Below, piece after piece: positions 26,279 to 37,115 of a stretch of 64,000 bases of DNA (its first letter is position 1; each line of letters begins with the position of its first letter). The position numbers and the translations under genes are program-made. This DNA comes from Mobula hypostoma (lineage: Eukaryota), in NCBI RefSeq assembly GCF_963921235.1, contig NC_086108.1:21204001-21268000 (forward strand), in the 5' to 3' direction. The notes beneath the pieces were generated by a model. That model did not search any database. It worked only from the letters and a program-made list of their open reading frames with translations, and was not told the origin of the DNA.

Positions 26279-27082
26279 TGATGGGCCAAATGGCCCTAAT
26301 TCTGCTCCTATATCTTATGGTCTTCTTTTGTGCTAAAACCTAAAATAATCTCAGGAACATCGTTTGTGGGAGAAAATGTCAAGCTCTCTCCCAGTTTCTT
26401 CCTTGAGCTACCAAGTTCTGCTTATCTTGTCTGGGTACTGAAGCTATCCTCTTGAAACGTTTTTAACACTTCAGTCACACAGTTAAAACATTGAGCAAGA
26501 TAATTAAAAGCCACGGCATGATGTTGTACAATATGCCCTTCCATCTAAGGAAAAACTAAAATACAGTACAGCGGAGGTGGAGTTTCTGTCGGCGCGTGAG
26601 TTCTGAATGTTGCCAAATGGTAAGTGAGACATTATCCTTGGTTTTTTGAACCCCTCTTCGCTGCTTCTATGTTTTATTCAGAAAGACTTAAAATCTGGCC
26701 GATCCCGCCTTCCCCATCCCACGCACCCACCCCACCAGCAGAATGCTGACTCCACCTAGATTCTCTCGCTCCATTCAGCCACTCGGCTACAAACAACGAG
26801 ATACCCAAATCAGTCGCAAACGAGAAGTGAGCACTCCCTCTCTCTTGCTGTGAGGGGCAGCCCAATATTATACACAATTAGCTTCCCGCCCCCATTCGCT
26901 CGTTGAAAAAGCAGGCTAGCCTCTCAGTTTTGCGCGATAGCCTTGATCTTGCCGATTTTGGGGGAAATCCGCACCCGTTTCCTGCAATTGCTGGCAACTG
27001 TCAGCTGGATCTGACAAATCCTGCCAACGCCTCGAACAGGCAGACATCTCCGGCGAGGGCGAGGTGCAAGGAGCCGGCGAAG

Positions 27083-27253
27083 ATGCTGTTGGGAGCAGTC
27101 TTCGCCTTGGGCTTCGTTCTGTGTAGCGGTCTCCGCAACCCCACCAGGAAATCTCCCAAACCGACACCAGATGTTTGGGAGGAATCGAAGGATGAGACTC
27201 AAACGAGGACAACAGCTCCTCAACCTGAGAAGCAGGACAACACCCCGTCAGAG
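27083..27253 (+). CDS. OLFML2B: OLFML2B coding exon 1 (signal peptide and N-terminal linker)
   Basis: ATG at 27083 (AAGATGC). Hydrophobic signal-like MLLGAVFALGFVLCSG. Ends EKQDNTPSE, resembling human DNQENVLSQ from memory, then donor GAG|GTAAGA. 171 nt, phase 0. Confidence 0.85.
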
Positions 27254-27788
27254 GTAAGATCAACACTCTATTAATAAATTAGCTAAAGGTAAAGGTGGGG
27301 GAGGGCGGGCAACACAACCGGACGACTTCAGTTTTGATTTTGTTGCAAGGAGGTAATGATGTATGCGAGTCAGTCAGATATTTGTAAACAAACCTGATGA
27401 CTATGTTGCAGAGTTGCAACGCTGAGTTTTCATGCAGCACCATGATGCCGTTTTCATTTTAAGTACAAAGCCATTCAGTACATTTATTACTGAGTTCGTA
27501 TAGCGGAGAGGGAGAGTCGGGTACCTCTTGTCTCTGAGAGCCCTGACACTGTTCTCCTGTGGCGCATCTTTATTCAAAGAGACCGATACATGTTATTCAA
27601 TCGTTTAACCAAGTACGCTGAGGTAAGCTGCTAATAAACTTCTATCCAAAAAAAAACTTATTGCGTTAATTAACTGCGTAGAGCTGACTATATGGCTACT
27701 TATTACAGCCAATCATTAGTGCGGCGTTTCACTGTATATATTTCTATGTGTCCCTTAACTCACGAACTTGTTGTTCGCTTGCCTCTAG

Positions 27789-28052
27789 TTGCTATGGGAC
27801 GATGACAAACTGAAAGCCGTGTCCGAGGGCTCGAGTTGCCGATGCCAATGTGTGTTTAGACCCCTGGGCCGGGACGCCTGCCGCCGGATGGAGGAAGGCA
27901 CCGGCAGCTCGGAGGACTCGTACACGATAGAAACCATCAGCTCGGGCCCGCACTGTAAATGTACCTGCCTCGCCCCGCCCTCGGCGCTCGGTCCCTGCCA
28001 CCAGCCAATCAGATTGCAGAAGCCCCGGGAGGCGGCGGGCGGCGGATTCAAG
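27789..28052 (+). CDS. OLFML2B: OLFML2B coding exon 2 (Cys-rich N-terminal region)
   Basis: Acceptor gcctctag|TTG. Translates [31 protein letters not shown]...[26 protein letters not shown]...RLQKPREA, matching the recalled OLFML2B motif [31 protein letters not shown]. Donor AAG|GTTGGT. 264 nt, phase 0/0. Confidence 0.95.
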
Positions 28053-30055
28053 GTTGGTTGTGAGGCTGGCTGTGTTGGCAAGCAAGTACCGGGGTTGTGA
28101 GGAGAGGGCGTCTGCTTGGGAAGGTATTTGGGAAAAGTGGGTACTGGAAGGCAGGGAGAAAGGGACACACATTCTTCACGGTGGCACCAGTCTCTGGAAG
28201 TGATCCACGACATCGATTGATCACATCTCCCACCAGCAGGATTGGCGTGGCGTCACCTAAGAACTCCCCCCCCCCCACCTTTCCAACCGCCAGCTGTTAG
28301 TCGGGTGCAACACCAAGCATGGTCGCCACCTGACATCATATGAAAAGTAAATCCTTTGGCTCATGGTCCTCCCCCCACAGCGTGCATTTGTTTAACTAGG
28401 CAGATTAATAGTTTGGCACAGACTAGATGGGCCAAAGGGCTCGTTTCTATGCTGTAGTGCTCTACTAGCTGTACTAAAGTGTTCTGGATATGAGGAACCT
28501 GCAGCTTGCAACCACTTCCACATCTCTTCTTCTCCCCAGATATTAATTCCTGCTTTTTTTTATTAAGTGCAATCATGAACAATAGTCAGATCAGAAATGC
28601 TGATCAAGTCAACTAGTTCCCAAAGAGAACTCTGATAGGCCAATCAGATGGTTCACTGCTGCTCAGCGATAGAACACAAAAAAATAACAGGCACGAGGTC
28701 TCTAGCCCCTGTACCCCAGAAACACACCTGAGAGGTGTGTGGAGGTATGTGCTATACATGACCTGATCTAAAAGCATCATGTTGACTCATAACAGATCGT
28801 GTTCACGGTGGAACAGCTTAGTCAAGGATGGGGTGATCAACTCAGATGGACAAATTATACCTCCACTACCCCAAAACAAACTTCAGAGGCTAGATGTACC
28901 TTGTAAACATTTGCAATCTAATTCCACAAGCAAGTTTAAGGCAGGTTACATAAAATGGTTACCAGTGCAGTGGGGCTCAGTGCTAACGATTAGAAAGTTA
29001 CAAACAGTTAGGACAGGGTTCCATTCCTGAGAACTGTCCATAACTAGGAGTTAAATTGGAAATGAATAAAAAGTGTGGGGGAGGATCACAGAAACAACTG
29101 TGATGGGACAGCAAACAGGTGCAGGAGGAGCAGCCACCATCTGGCCTTACTGATTCAAAAGAATAATATCACAAAGGGGAGGAGGAGTATATAGAGGCTT
29201 GCATGCTGTCAAGTGGAAGGTGAGATAAAGAGATAATTCATATAAAGGTGAACCCGACAACAGTTATATAGATGGGAAGTTACTCATAATGAAAGATTTT
29301 CAGTGTGAGTAAACATTTCATACAAAAACAAACTCAACTGTCAACATTGAGCTCCATTTCAGTCTAATGGCTTAGTGTCCTAAATCACAGAAAAGTATGG
29401 AAATATACTTTATGTTATAAATTTGACCTGAACTAGAGTTTTGCTAAATTGAAGAATGAGTTCACTTTTCTCTTATTTCCCTTTGGGAATATGGCCAGAC
29501 AGGAAGTAGTATCCGGTAGAACTGTTTGAACGGAAATCCTTTGTGCCTTCTAAAGAATCTTCCCAAAGCTCCCTCGAATATGTCCTTTTCACATTGGGAA
29601 GTTACACCTTAGCTGATGGCTAAGGATAAACTGTAAAGTACATTCAGGAATTCTTGGAATGATCAACTTGATGCAGTCCAATGATGCTAAAACTGACTGA
29701 GGAATTGATCGGGATGGACAACCTTGTTTCTGACCTATTTTGCAAAAGATTATTGAGTATCTCTTAAGGTGGGGATGGGGACAATAGAAACAATTGTTGA
29801 TTTTTAGGTTCAAGACCCAATGCAGGGTCAACAATTCCTGATTCTCAGCAGCTACTGCTCAACCCAGTGAATTCCTCCAGCAGTTTGTTTTTTTTTCACA
29901 CACAATTCTGTTTATAGATGGTACAAGTTCAACATGTCTGATCTGGGTCTATTGCCTTTGGTGTGAAAGGTCGTCTTTGAAAACTTGATCTCAATAAACC
30001 ATAAAAAAGACCCAACGATAGTACCACAACAGGTAAAGCACTAGCCAAAACTTAA

Positions 30056-30134
30056 CTCGGCCTGAAACGTCGACTGCGCCTCTTCCTATGGATGCTGCTT
30101 GGCCTGCTGCATTCACCAGCAACTTTGATGTATG
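30056..30134 (+). mobile_element. 79-bp Penelope-derived mini-insertion, truncated within hammerhead stem II
   Basis: 14-bp TSD tagccaaaacttaa at 30042-30055 and 30135-30148. Confidence 0.85.
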
Positions 30135-31799
30135 TAGCCAAAACTTAAAATTGTCACCAAAACTTATAATTGTCTTTAAGCTCTTAATGTCCAAGTTTAC
30201 CAGCTAAACAGTCCAGAAACCAAAGTCTGCACAGACATGTGAAACAAAAATAGATCTGTAGACATCTTATGAAAAGATTTCTAATCAATCTCTCAGCAAG
30301 AGAAAAAAATCAGGTGAATGAACAAAATCCATTTATTCCTGGTGTTTGTAATCTATATTGTATGTGAGATCCATTTCCACAACCGGTAGCCAATTATTTT
30401 TAATAAGTATTCACTGTAACACTCTGTCTGTAAATCAGATTAGTGGCTTCAATTTGTCACTGTTGTTCAGGGTTAAACTGAATTGGAATGTACTAGACTC
30501 TCTGTAGGGATTGTCACTATAATGACCTCAGTTGACAAAGCACCCCTGAAATGGGATAGAAAACAAGCATAGCTGGAACAGACAGACTGCTTTGGAAGTA
30601 CAGTATGATGCTGCAGTAGTCAAGAAGTGCAACATGCACAATCATTCAACAAACCAGGGCAATGTTGTGTTGGCATCACATGAGGGTTGCTTGCGGGCAT
30701 TAACTCAACGGTTATTTCTTCAGAAGAGAGAAACACAGAAAGGAAAGTCATAGTAAATGCAGTATGCTAAAGGAACCCAGGAGCAGCAAGCTAGTATAGC
30801 TGGCATAGCTGCAAAGTATTACTCAGGAATCACTGAGAAAGGCCTCCATAAATCCAACCACAATCCTTTCATCAGTTCCAATTACGTACTTGGAGCCTGG
30901 AAACATGAACAAAGTCCAACTAGACACACTCTGGAACTATGCATAAGGGTGTTTCATTCTCTGGCATCCTCGTGTTCCACTTCCACTCTGACAGCTGCGA
31001 AAACCTTCTCTCGTTGGAAGCCATTCAACTGGAGTTCTTTTTCTTACTTTATTGATTTGTCTTTGTGTTTTGTGTTACCAATTGAAGAATGTTCAATGTC
31101 CTTTGTTTTTGTAAGGTGTGCCTCGGGAAGGCTATGGATTGTTCCAAGAATATGGGTATCATTAGACTCTAGAAACCATCCCCCCCACCCCCCACCACCG
31201 GCTATCAGCCAAGTTATCTGAAAGAAGGCCAGATAATGCATTGCAATCAAGATGATATCCTGACTCCAAGATAGTTGAGAGGTTCACAGAAAGCAACTCA
31301 CAAGAGAGAAGCTATTGAATCTGAAAGATCAGTTGCTGTTCAGTCAGTGTTTAATTGCACCATTTTAATGTTTTGGCCAGGGCTGGAGTTTGAAACTGGA
31401 TGCTGGAGTGATGTAGTCCATTACCCTTTCCCTTCCGACCTAACCTTGGGGAAGGTCAACCAAACACCATACTCATAAATAATGTTTATTTAGGCATCTG
31501 TTAGGAAACCACAGAGATGGTGAATGCAATAAGATGGTGATCTTCAAAAATTAGGGCCAAAGCATTTGTTGTGTTTGATAACTCTGCACCAACATACTAC
31601 CAGATCCACAGGTGAATGTTAATTTACTAATTCAAAATGTGAAACAATTCATTGAATAAGTTATTGCTCTATAGCTCCAAATTTTCCCCCAGACTCCCTA
31701 TTCCTATTCATGAGAAAAGCTTGTTTCTTTGAGACTAGATTAAGGGTAGTTATTCCTCACAGTTCCAATTACCCCGAGTCTGATGCTATTCTTAGATGT

Positions 31800-32008
31800 T
31801 GGCAGTGTGGAACTTTTGTGTTCTCCCTGTGACTGTGTGGGTTTCCCTGATACTCCGGTTTCTTCACAAGTTGGTCGCTATACATTTTCCCCAATATTTC
31901 AGTGGGTGGTAGGAAATTCAGGCTGGCGATGATGGACACATAGGTGAAAATAAGCTACTGGGAAATAAGAGGATGCATTGGATTGAAGGAGTTGTTCTGA
32001 GAGTTGGC
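31800..32008 (+). mobile_element. V-SINE (HE1-like) relic
   Basis: gtgtggaacttttgtgttctccctgtgactgtgtgggtttccc...ctccggtttc resembles the recalled V-domain. Confidence 0.6.
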
Positions 32009-32018
32009 ATAGAGAGAC

Positions 32019-33661
32019 ACAGGGCGAAGACCTTAAGGACTCAGCAATCATTACCATCTACAAAAGGAAAGGCGATCGATCCGAATACAGAAATTATCGT
32101 GGAATTTCCCTGTTAGCAACAGCAGGAAAGATCCTCACCCGCATCATGAACAACCGGCTCAAGCCTTTAGCTGAGAAGATCCTTCTGGAGACACAAGCTG
32201 GTTTTAGACCATTGCGTGGAGCAATTGACATGTTCTTCACAATGCGACAGCTACAAGAAAAATGTTGTGAACAACTTCAACCTTTGTACATGGCATTCAT
32301 TGACCTCACCAAAGCCTTTGACTCGGTATCAAGGGAACTCCTATGGGATGTCCTACCCACCTATGGATGCCCTGAAAAGTTAATTTGAATCCTGAGGCTC
32401 CTCCACAATGGCATGCTTGCCACAGTCATGGTCAGCAACAGTAACTGTGACTCTTTTCAAGTTAGATCAGGAGTAAAACAGGGATGCGTGATTGCCCCAA
32501 CTTTGTTCACCATCTTCATTGCGACAATCATCTACATTATCAAGGACGACCTACCCCCAGGAATCGAAATTGTCTACAGAACAGATGGCAGACTTTTCAA
32601 TCTTGCCCATCTCAAATCCAAAATAAAGATATCCATGAGTTCCCTCATCGAGTTCCAATACGCAGATGACAACAGTGTTGCAGCTCTTTCAGAAAACCAC
32701 CTACAACAGATTCTGACTACCTTCAACTGTGCATACACGAAACTTGGACTTATCATCAATTCCAAGAAGAGTAAGATCACCTATCAACCGTCACCAATTG
32801 AGACAAATCGGATAGAACCATCATTTCAGCTTGCCGAAACAACCCTGGAAAACGTTGACCAGTTAACGTATCTTGGAAGTCACTCTCCTCCGATGTCGAC
32901 CTTAATGACGAGATCCAACATCGTCTTAAATGCGCTGGAACAGCTTTTGGATGTCTCCGAACAAGAGTCTTTCATGATTGTGACATCCGAACAGACACCA
33001 AAATGTTAGTGTACAAAACAGTGGTAATCCCAATGCTCCTGTATGCATCAGAAACCTGGACAACATACCAACGACATTTGAAGGCACTTGAAAAGTTCTA
33101 TCAATGCTGTCTTCGAAACATCTTAAATGTCAGCTGGGAAGATAGAAGAACCAATGTCAGTGTGCTAAATGAAGCAAAAACAACAAGCATTGAAGCCTAC
33201 GTCATCAAGAACCAACTAAGATGGAGCGGTCATGTTGTTCGGATGAAAGACGAATGTCTGCCGAAACAGATCTTCTAATCCCAGTTTAATGAAGGCAAAC
33301 ATAAAAGAGGCGGACAACAGAATAGATTCAAATATGTCTTAAAAGCCAACATGAAGAAATGTAACATCAATATCAACAATTGGGAAACCAATGCCAAGGA
33401 CAGGAAACTCTGGCAAGCCATCATCCGAGAAGGAACAGCAACTTTCGAAGCCAACAGATGTGCAGAGTTAGAAGAAAAGAGAAGAAAATGGAAAGAGAGG
33501 CAGCAACAACCAAAGCCCAATCTGCCATCTGGAACTACCTGTCCTGAATGCGGAAGAACTTTCAAAGCCAAGATTGGACTCATAAGCCACTTGAGAGCCC
33601 ATAAGTAGATCAACAGAATGAAGGCCGTCATCCTCGACCTCAAGGGATAGCCACAACGACG
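32019..33661 (+). mobile_element. 5'-truncated RTE-clade LINE
   Basis: RT motifs NYRGISLL, QAGFR, FIDLTKAFDSV, GVKQGCVIAPTLF and QYADD; C-terminal CPECGRTFKAKIGLISHLRAH. Short acgacg tail. 10-bp TSD atagagagac at 32009-32018 and 33662-33671. Confidence 0.92.
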
Positions 33662-35408
33662 ATAGAGAGACCACTGAGCCCTTTGTGAGTCATAAGTAAA
33701 GGTGCGAAACATGGCGTATTATAGACAACTCTGGCATTTGAAATAAAATGACAGGAGATCAGATTGTAATCACATTCCTTTCTACTTGTGGTAACCTTTC
33801 ACCACCTTGGTGATCATTTGTCTATCCATCTCTTCCTTAAAATATTCAGTCTTAATGGGTGTCAATAAGTCACTTAAGAGCCTTATGATCACATATTAAG
33901 ATACCTGTAAGGAGTCCCTTTTTTTAAAGTTACCTATCAACATTCATTCCCCCATGAAGCAAACATCCCCTCTATACCTATTTAGAAAAAACACCTCAGG
34001 ATTTTGTACATTTTAATCAAGTTGCTTCTAAACTCCAACAAGTGCAAGCTGAGTCCGTCCGTCTTCTTTGAACTGCATACAATGCACTAATGTCCTTCCT
34101 TAAATAAACGGACCAATACGTACATTGTATTCCAATGTCCTATAACGTCAAGATGGCGGTGAGTTGCTGTCTCTGTCGGGATCGTGTCTCGTGCTTTTTA
34201 ATTTCATGAGGAAGGTTTTGGTGACAGAGAGGGGATTTGGGGATCAGGATAGGGATTAGGGACAATGATGTAGGGTTTGGGGACAGGGATGTGGAGGAAT
34301 TAGAGGTCAGGCCTCCATTCTGTGCTCTGCGTTTGTAGGCCAATAATGTGGATGGGTGACAAAGGACATCTGGAATTGGGGCCTCTAGTCCATGCTCGAA
34401 AGACCAGCAATGTGAATATGGGAAATACATATTCAGAGCCCAGACCTCTGCTCCGCGCTAAAAAGGTCATCAATGTGGGTGTAGGATGAAGGACATCCAT
34501 GGCATTTGGGATGTCCCAGGTTCGCGCATTTCCATGTGAGCATGAGGGCGGGTCAGTTGACGCACTCAGAGTTCGAGCCCCTGTGGTTTGAGTCTAAGGG
34601 TCGATACTGAAGATTGAAGCCCAAAGATTGACGAGAAGCTTGGAAGTCATAAACCAGTGGTTGAAGCCTGGAGTCTTGGAGACTTGTCCGAGAGTTGCAG
34701 GGTTGTGTGGGTGTGAGGGAGGTTGGGAGAGTGGAAAGGGTTTTTTTTTTGTTGTTGTTTTGTTGTCTGTTGTGTTCTGTGTTGTTCAACTAGCATTGTG
34801 GGCTTGCTATATTGGCGGCACTTATGAGCTGCCCCAGCACATCCTGAGGTGTGTTGGTTGTTAGTTCAAACGACACATTTCACTGTATGTTTTCATGTAC
34901 ATTTGATAAAATAGGTCTGAATCTGAACTAAAGTATAATTTTCATACATTTGAATTCAGTTCCTCTTTGCAATAAACAATTATGTTGTTAGCTAATTACT
35001 TGCCTTTGGCAAATCATGCACTAGAACTCCCTAGGCCCTTGCATCTCAGAGTTTGGCAGTCTTTCATCATTTTGACAATATGCTGTTTAATTCTTCCATA
35101 CAAAATGGATAATTTCACATTTTCCCATAATGCACCATTGCCCCATGTCTTTGCCTACTCACTTAGCCTGTTGACATCTCTTTGTAGTCTCTTTTATGTC
35201 CACTTTGCAATTCACTTTCATCCCAACTTGTGCAAGGTATTTATGTTCTCAAGAATAGACTATGATATTGAATGAACAGGTCTTTGGTTAGTATTGTTTT
35301 GGCAACCACAAATGAGATGGTCATTAACACCAATAAAAACCAAAATAACATTTTTAATGTCATTTAAAAGGAGAACAAAACAAATAAGTTGTTGCTCTCA
35401 TTTTAAAA

Positions 35409-36268
35409 ATGCAAACACAAGGAAATCTGCAGACGCTGGAATTTCAAGCAACACACACAAAAAAAATGCTGGTGAACGCAGCAGGCCAGGCAGCATCTAT
35501 GGAAAGAGGTACAGACCCTTTGTCAGGACTAACTGAAAGAAGATATAGTAAGAGATTTGAAAGTGGGAGGGGGAGATCCGAAATGATAGGAGAAGACAGG
35601 AGTGGGAGGGATGGAGCTAAGAGCTGGAAAGTTGATTGGCAGAAGGGATATGAGGCTGGAGAAGGGAGAGAATCATGGGACGGGAGGCCTAGGGAGAAAG
35701 AAAGGGGGAGGGGGGAAGCCCAGAGAATGGGCAAGGAGTATAGTGGGAGGGACAGAGGGAGGAAAAGGAGACCGAGAAAAAAATTAATAATAACAAATAA
35801 ATAACAGGGTACGAAGGGGAGGTAGGGCATTAACGGAAGTTAGCGGCATGAACATTGACTTCTCTAATGCCCCACCTCCCCTTTGTACCCCATCCGTTAT
35901 TTATTTATTTTCTCTCTCCTTTTTCTCCCTCTGTCCCTCTCACTATACTCCTTGCCCATCCTCTGGGCTTCCCCCTCCCCCTTTCTTTCTCCCTGGGTCT
36001 CCTGTCCCACCTGTCCCTTGATCCTCTCCCTTCTCCAGCCTCATATCCCTTTTGCCAATCAACTTTCCAGTTCTTAGCTCCATCCCTCCCCCTCCTGTCT
36101 TCTCCTATCATTTCGGATCTCCCCCTCCCCCTCCCACTTTCAAAACTCTTAATATCTCTTCTTTCAGTTAGTCCTAACAAAAGGTCTCAGCCGAAACGTC
36201 GACTGTACCTCTTCCTATAGATGCTGCCTGGCCTGCTGCGTTCATCAGCATTTTTTTGTGTGTGTTGC
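35409..36268. mobile_element. Inverted pair of Penelope terminal repeats
   Basis: 35409-35850 (-) and 35855-36268 (+) are reverse-complementary copies of the same terminal region. Confidence 0.8.
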
Positions 36269-37115
36269 TGTCACTTACTCACTCAAGAGCTGGAAGAATA
36301 ATCCAGGGAACACAAAAAAAGAGAAAAGAAAGACGCTGAATTAATGAAACACTATTTCAGAAATATCCCACTGCTTTTCTTGTGCAGTAAATTACATTGG
36401 ACAGTTATTGTTGTTACTTTGGGGAAGATGGTTGCCATTTAACACACAGCAGGTCACAGAAAGTGATAGGATTAATGATCAATAGTTATTCTCAGTGGGT
36501 AACTGGTTTGTTGACACTGGCTATTGTGAAGGCAATCAATGCTGTCAGAGTATCATTCCCATAAAAATTGTTTTCGAGTCAGATGGAATATGATACCAAC
36601 AATAAAAATATCAGTGAGAAATAATACAGCATGTTGGTGTGTTGATTATTTTTGATGGCAGGAGGTGGTGAATTAGCTGAATCTGTGAAGTTCTGTAATG
36701 AAGATAGTGGTGTTTCTTATTCCGTAATTCTTTTTCACAATGGAAATACAGTTTAAAGAAAACATTTGCATTGATGAAATTTAATTCCTAATTCATTCTG
36801 AAGCATTATATATTAGGTCTAAAGTAACATCGTGCTTGCTACTTGATCAGTAGAACTGTCAACATCGGGAACTGTGACCTCTCACTTCTCTTCTTCTGCA
36901 TGGCAGAAGTTTATTGGCGATTTGTGATTCCAGCCTTTCAATCATTTGTTATTTTCTAACATTTGTTCCATTTTAATTACATCTGTCAAATTAAGCCAAA
37001 CCCCATGTGCTTCCTTAGCTGTTAGTGAAGATTTCAGTTCACTTTTTGATGAAGAGCAAGTGAGTTCTCCAGCTTCTATCCTACTTCAATATCAACAATA
37101 CGTTTATGGGTCATT

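Larger units (their letters stand above)
26570..28330 (+). promoter_or_regulatory. CpG-rich promoter / 5' region of OLFML2B
   Basis: CpG density is visibly much higher than in the CpG-depleted rest of the window. The region is free of recognisable transposons and spans exons 1-2. The TSS cannot be determined. Confidence 0.65.

Noticed and set aside
26903..27082. Open in-frame extension upstream of the OLFML2B ATG
   Set aside because: It begins at TTG with no ATG, and the signal-like peptide starts at 27083. Most likely GC-rich 5'UTR or promoter.
30757..31221. 154-aa ATG-initiated ORF in intron 2
   Set aside because: No recognisable domain or splice context; consistent with a chance ORF.
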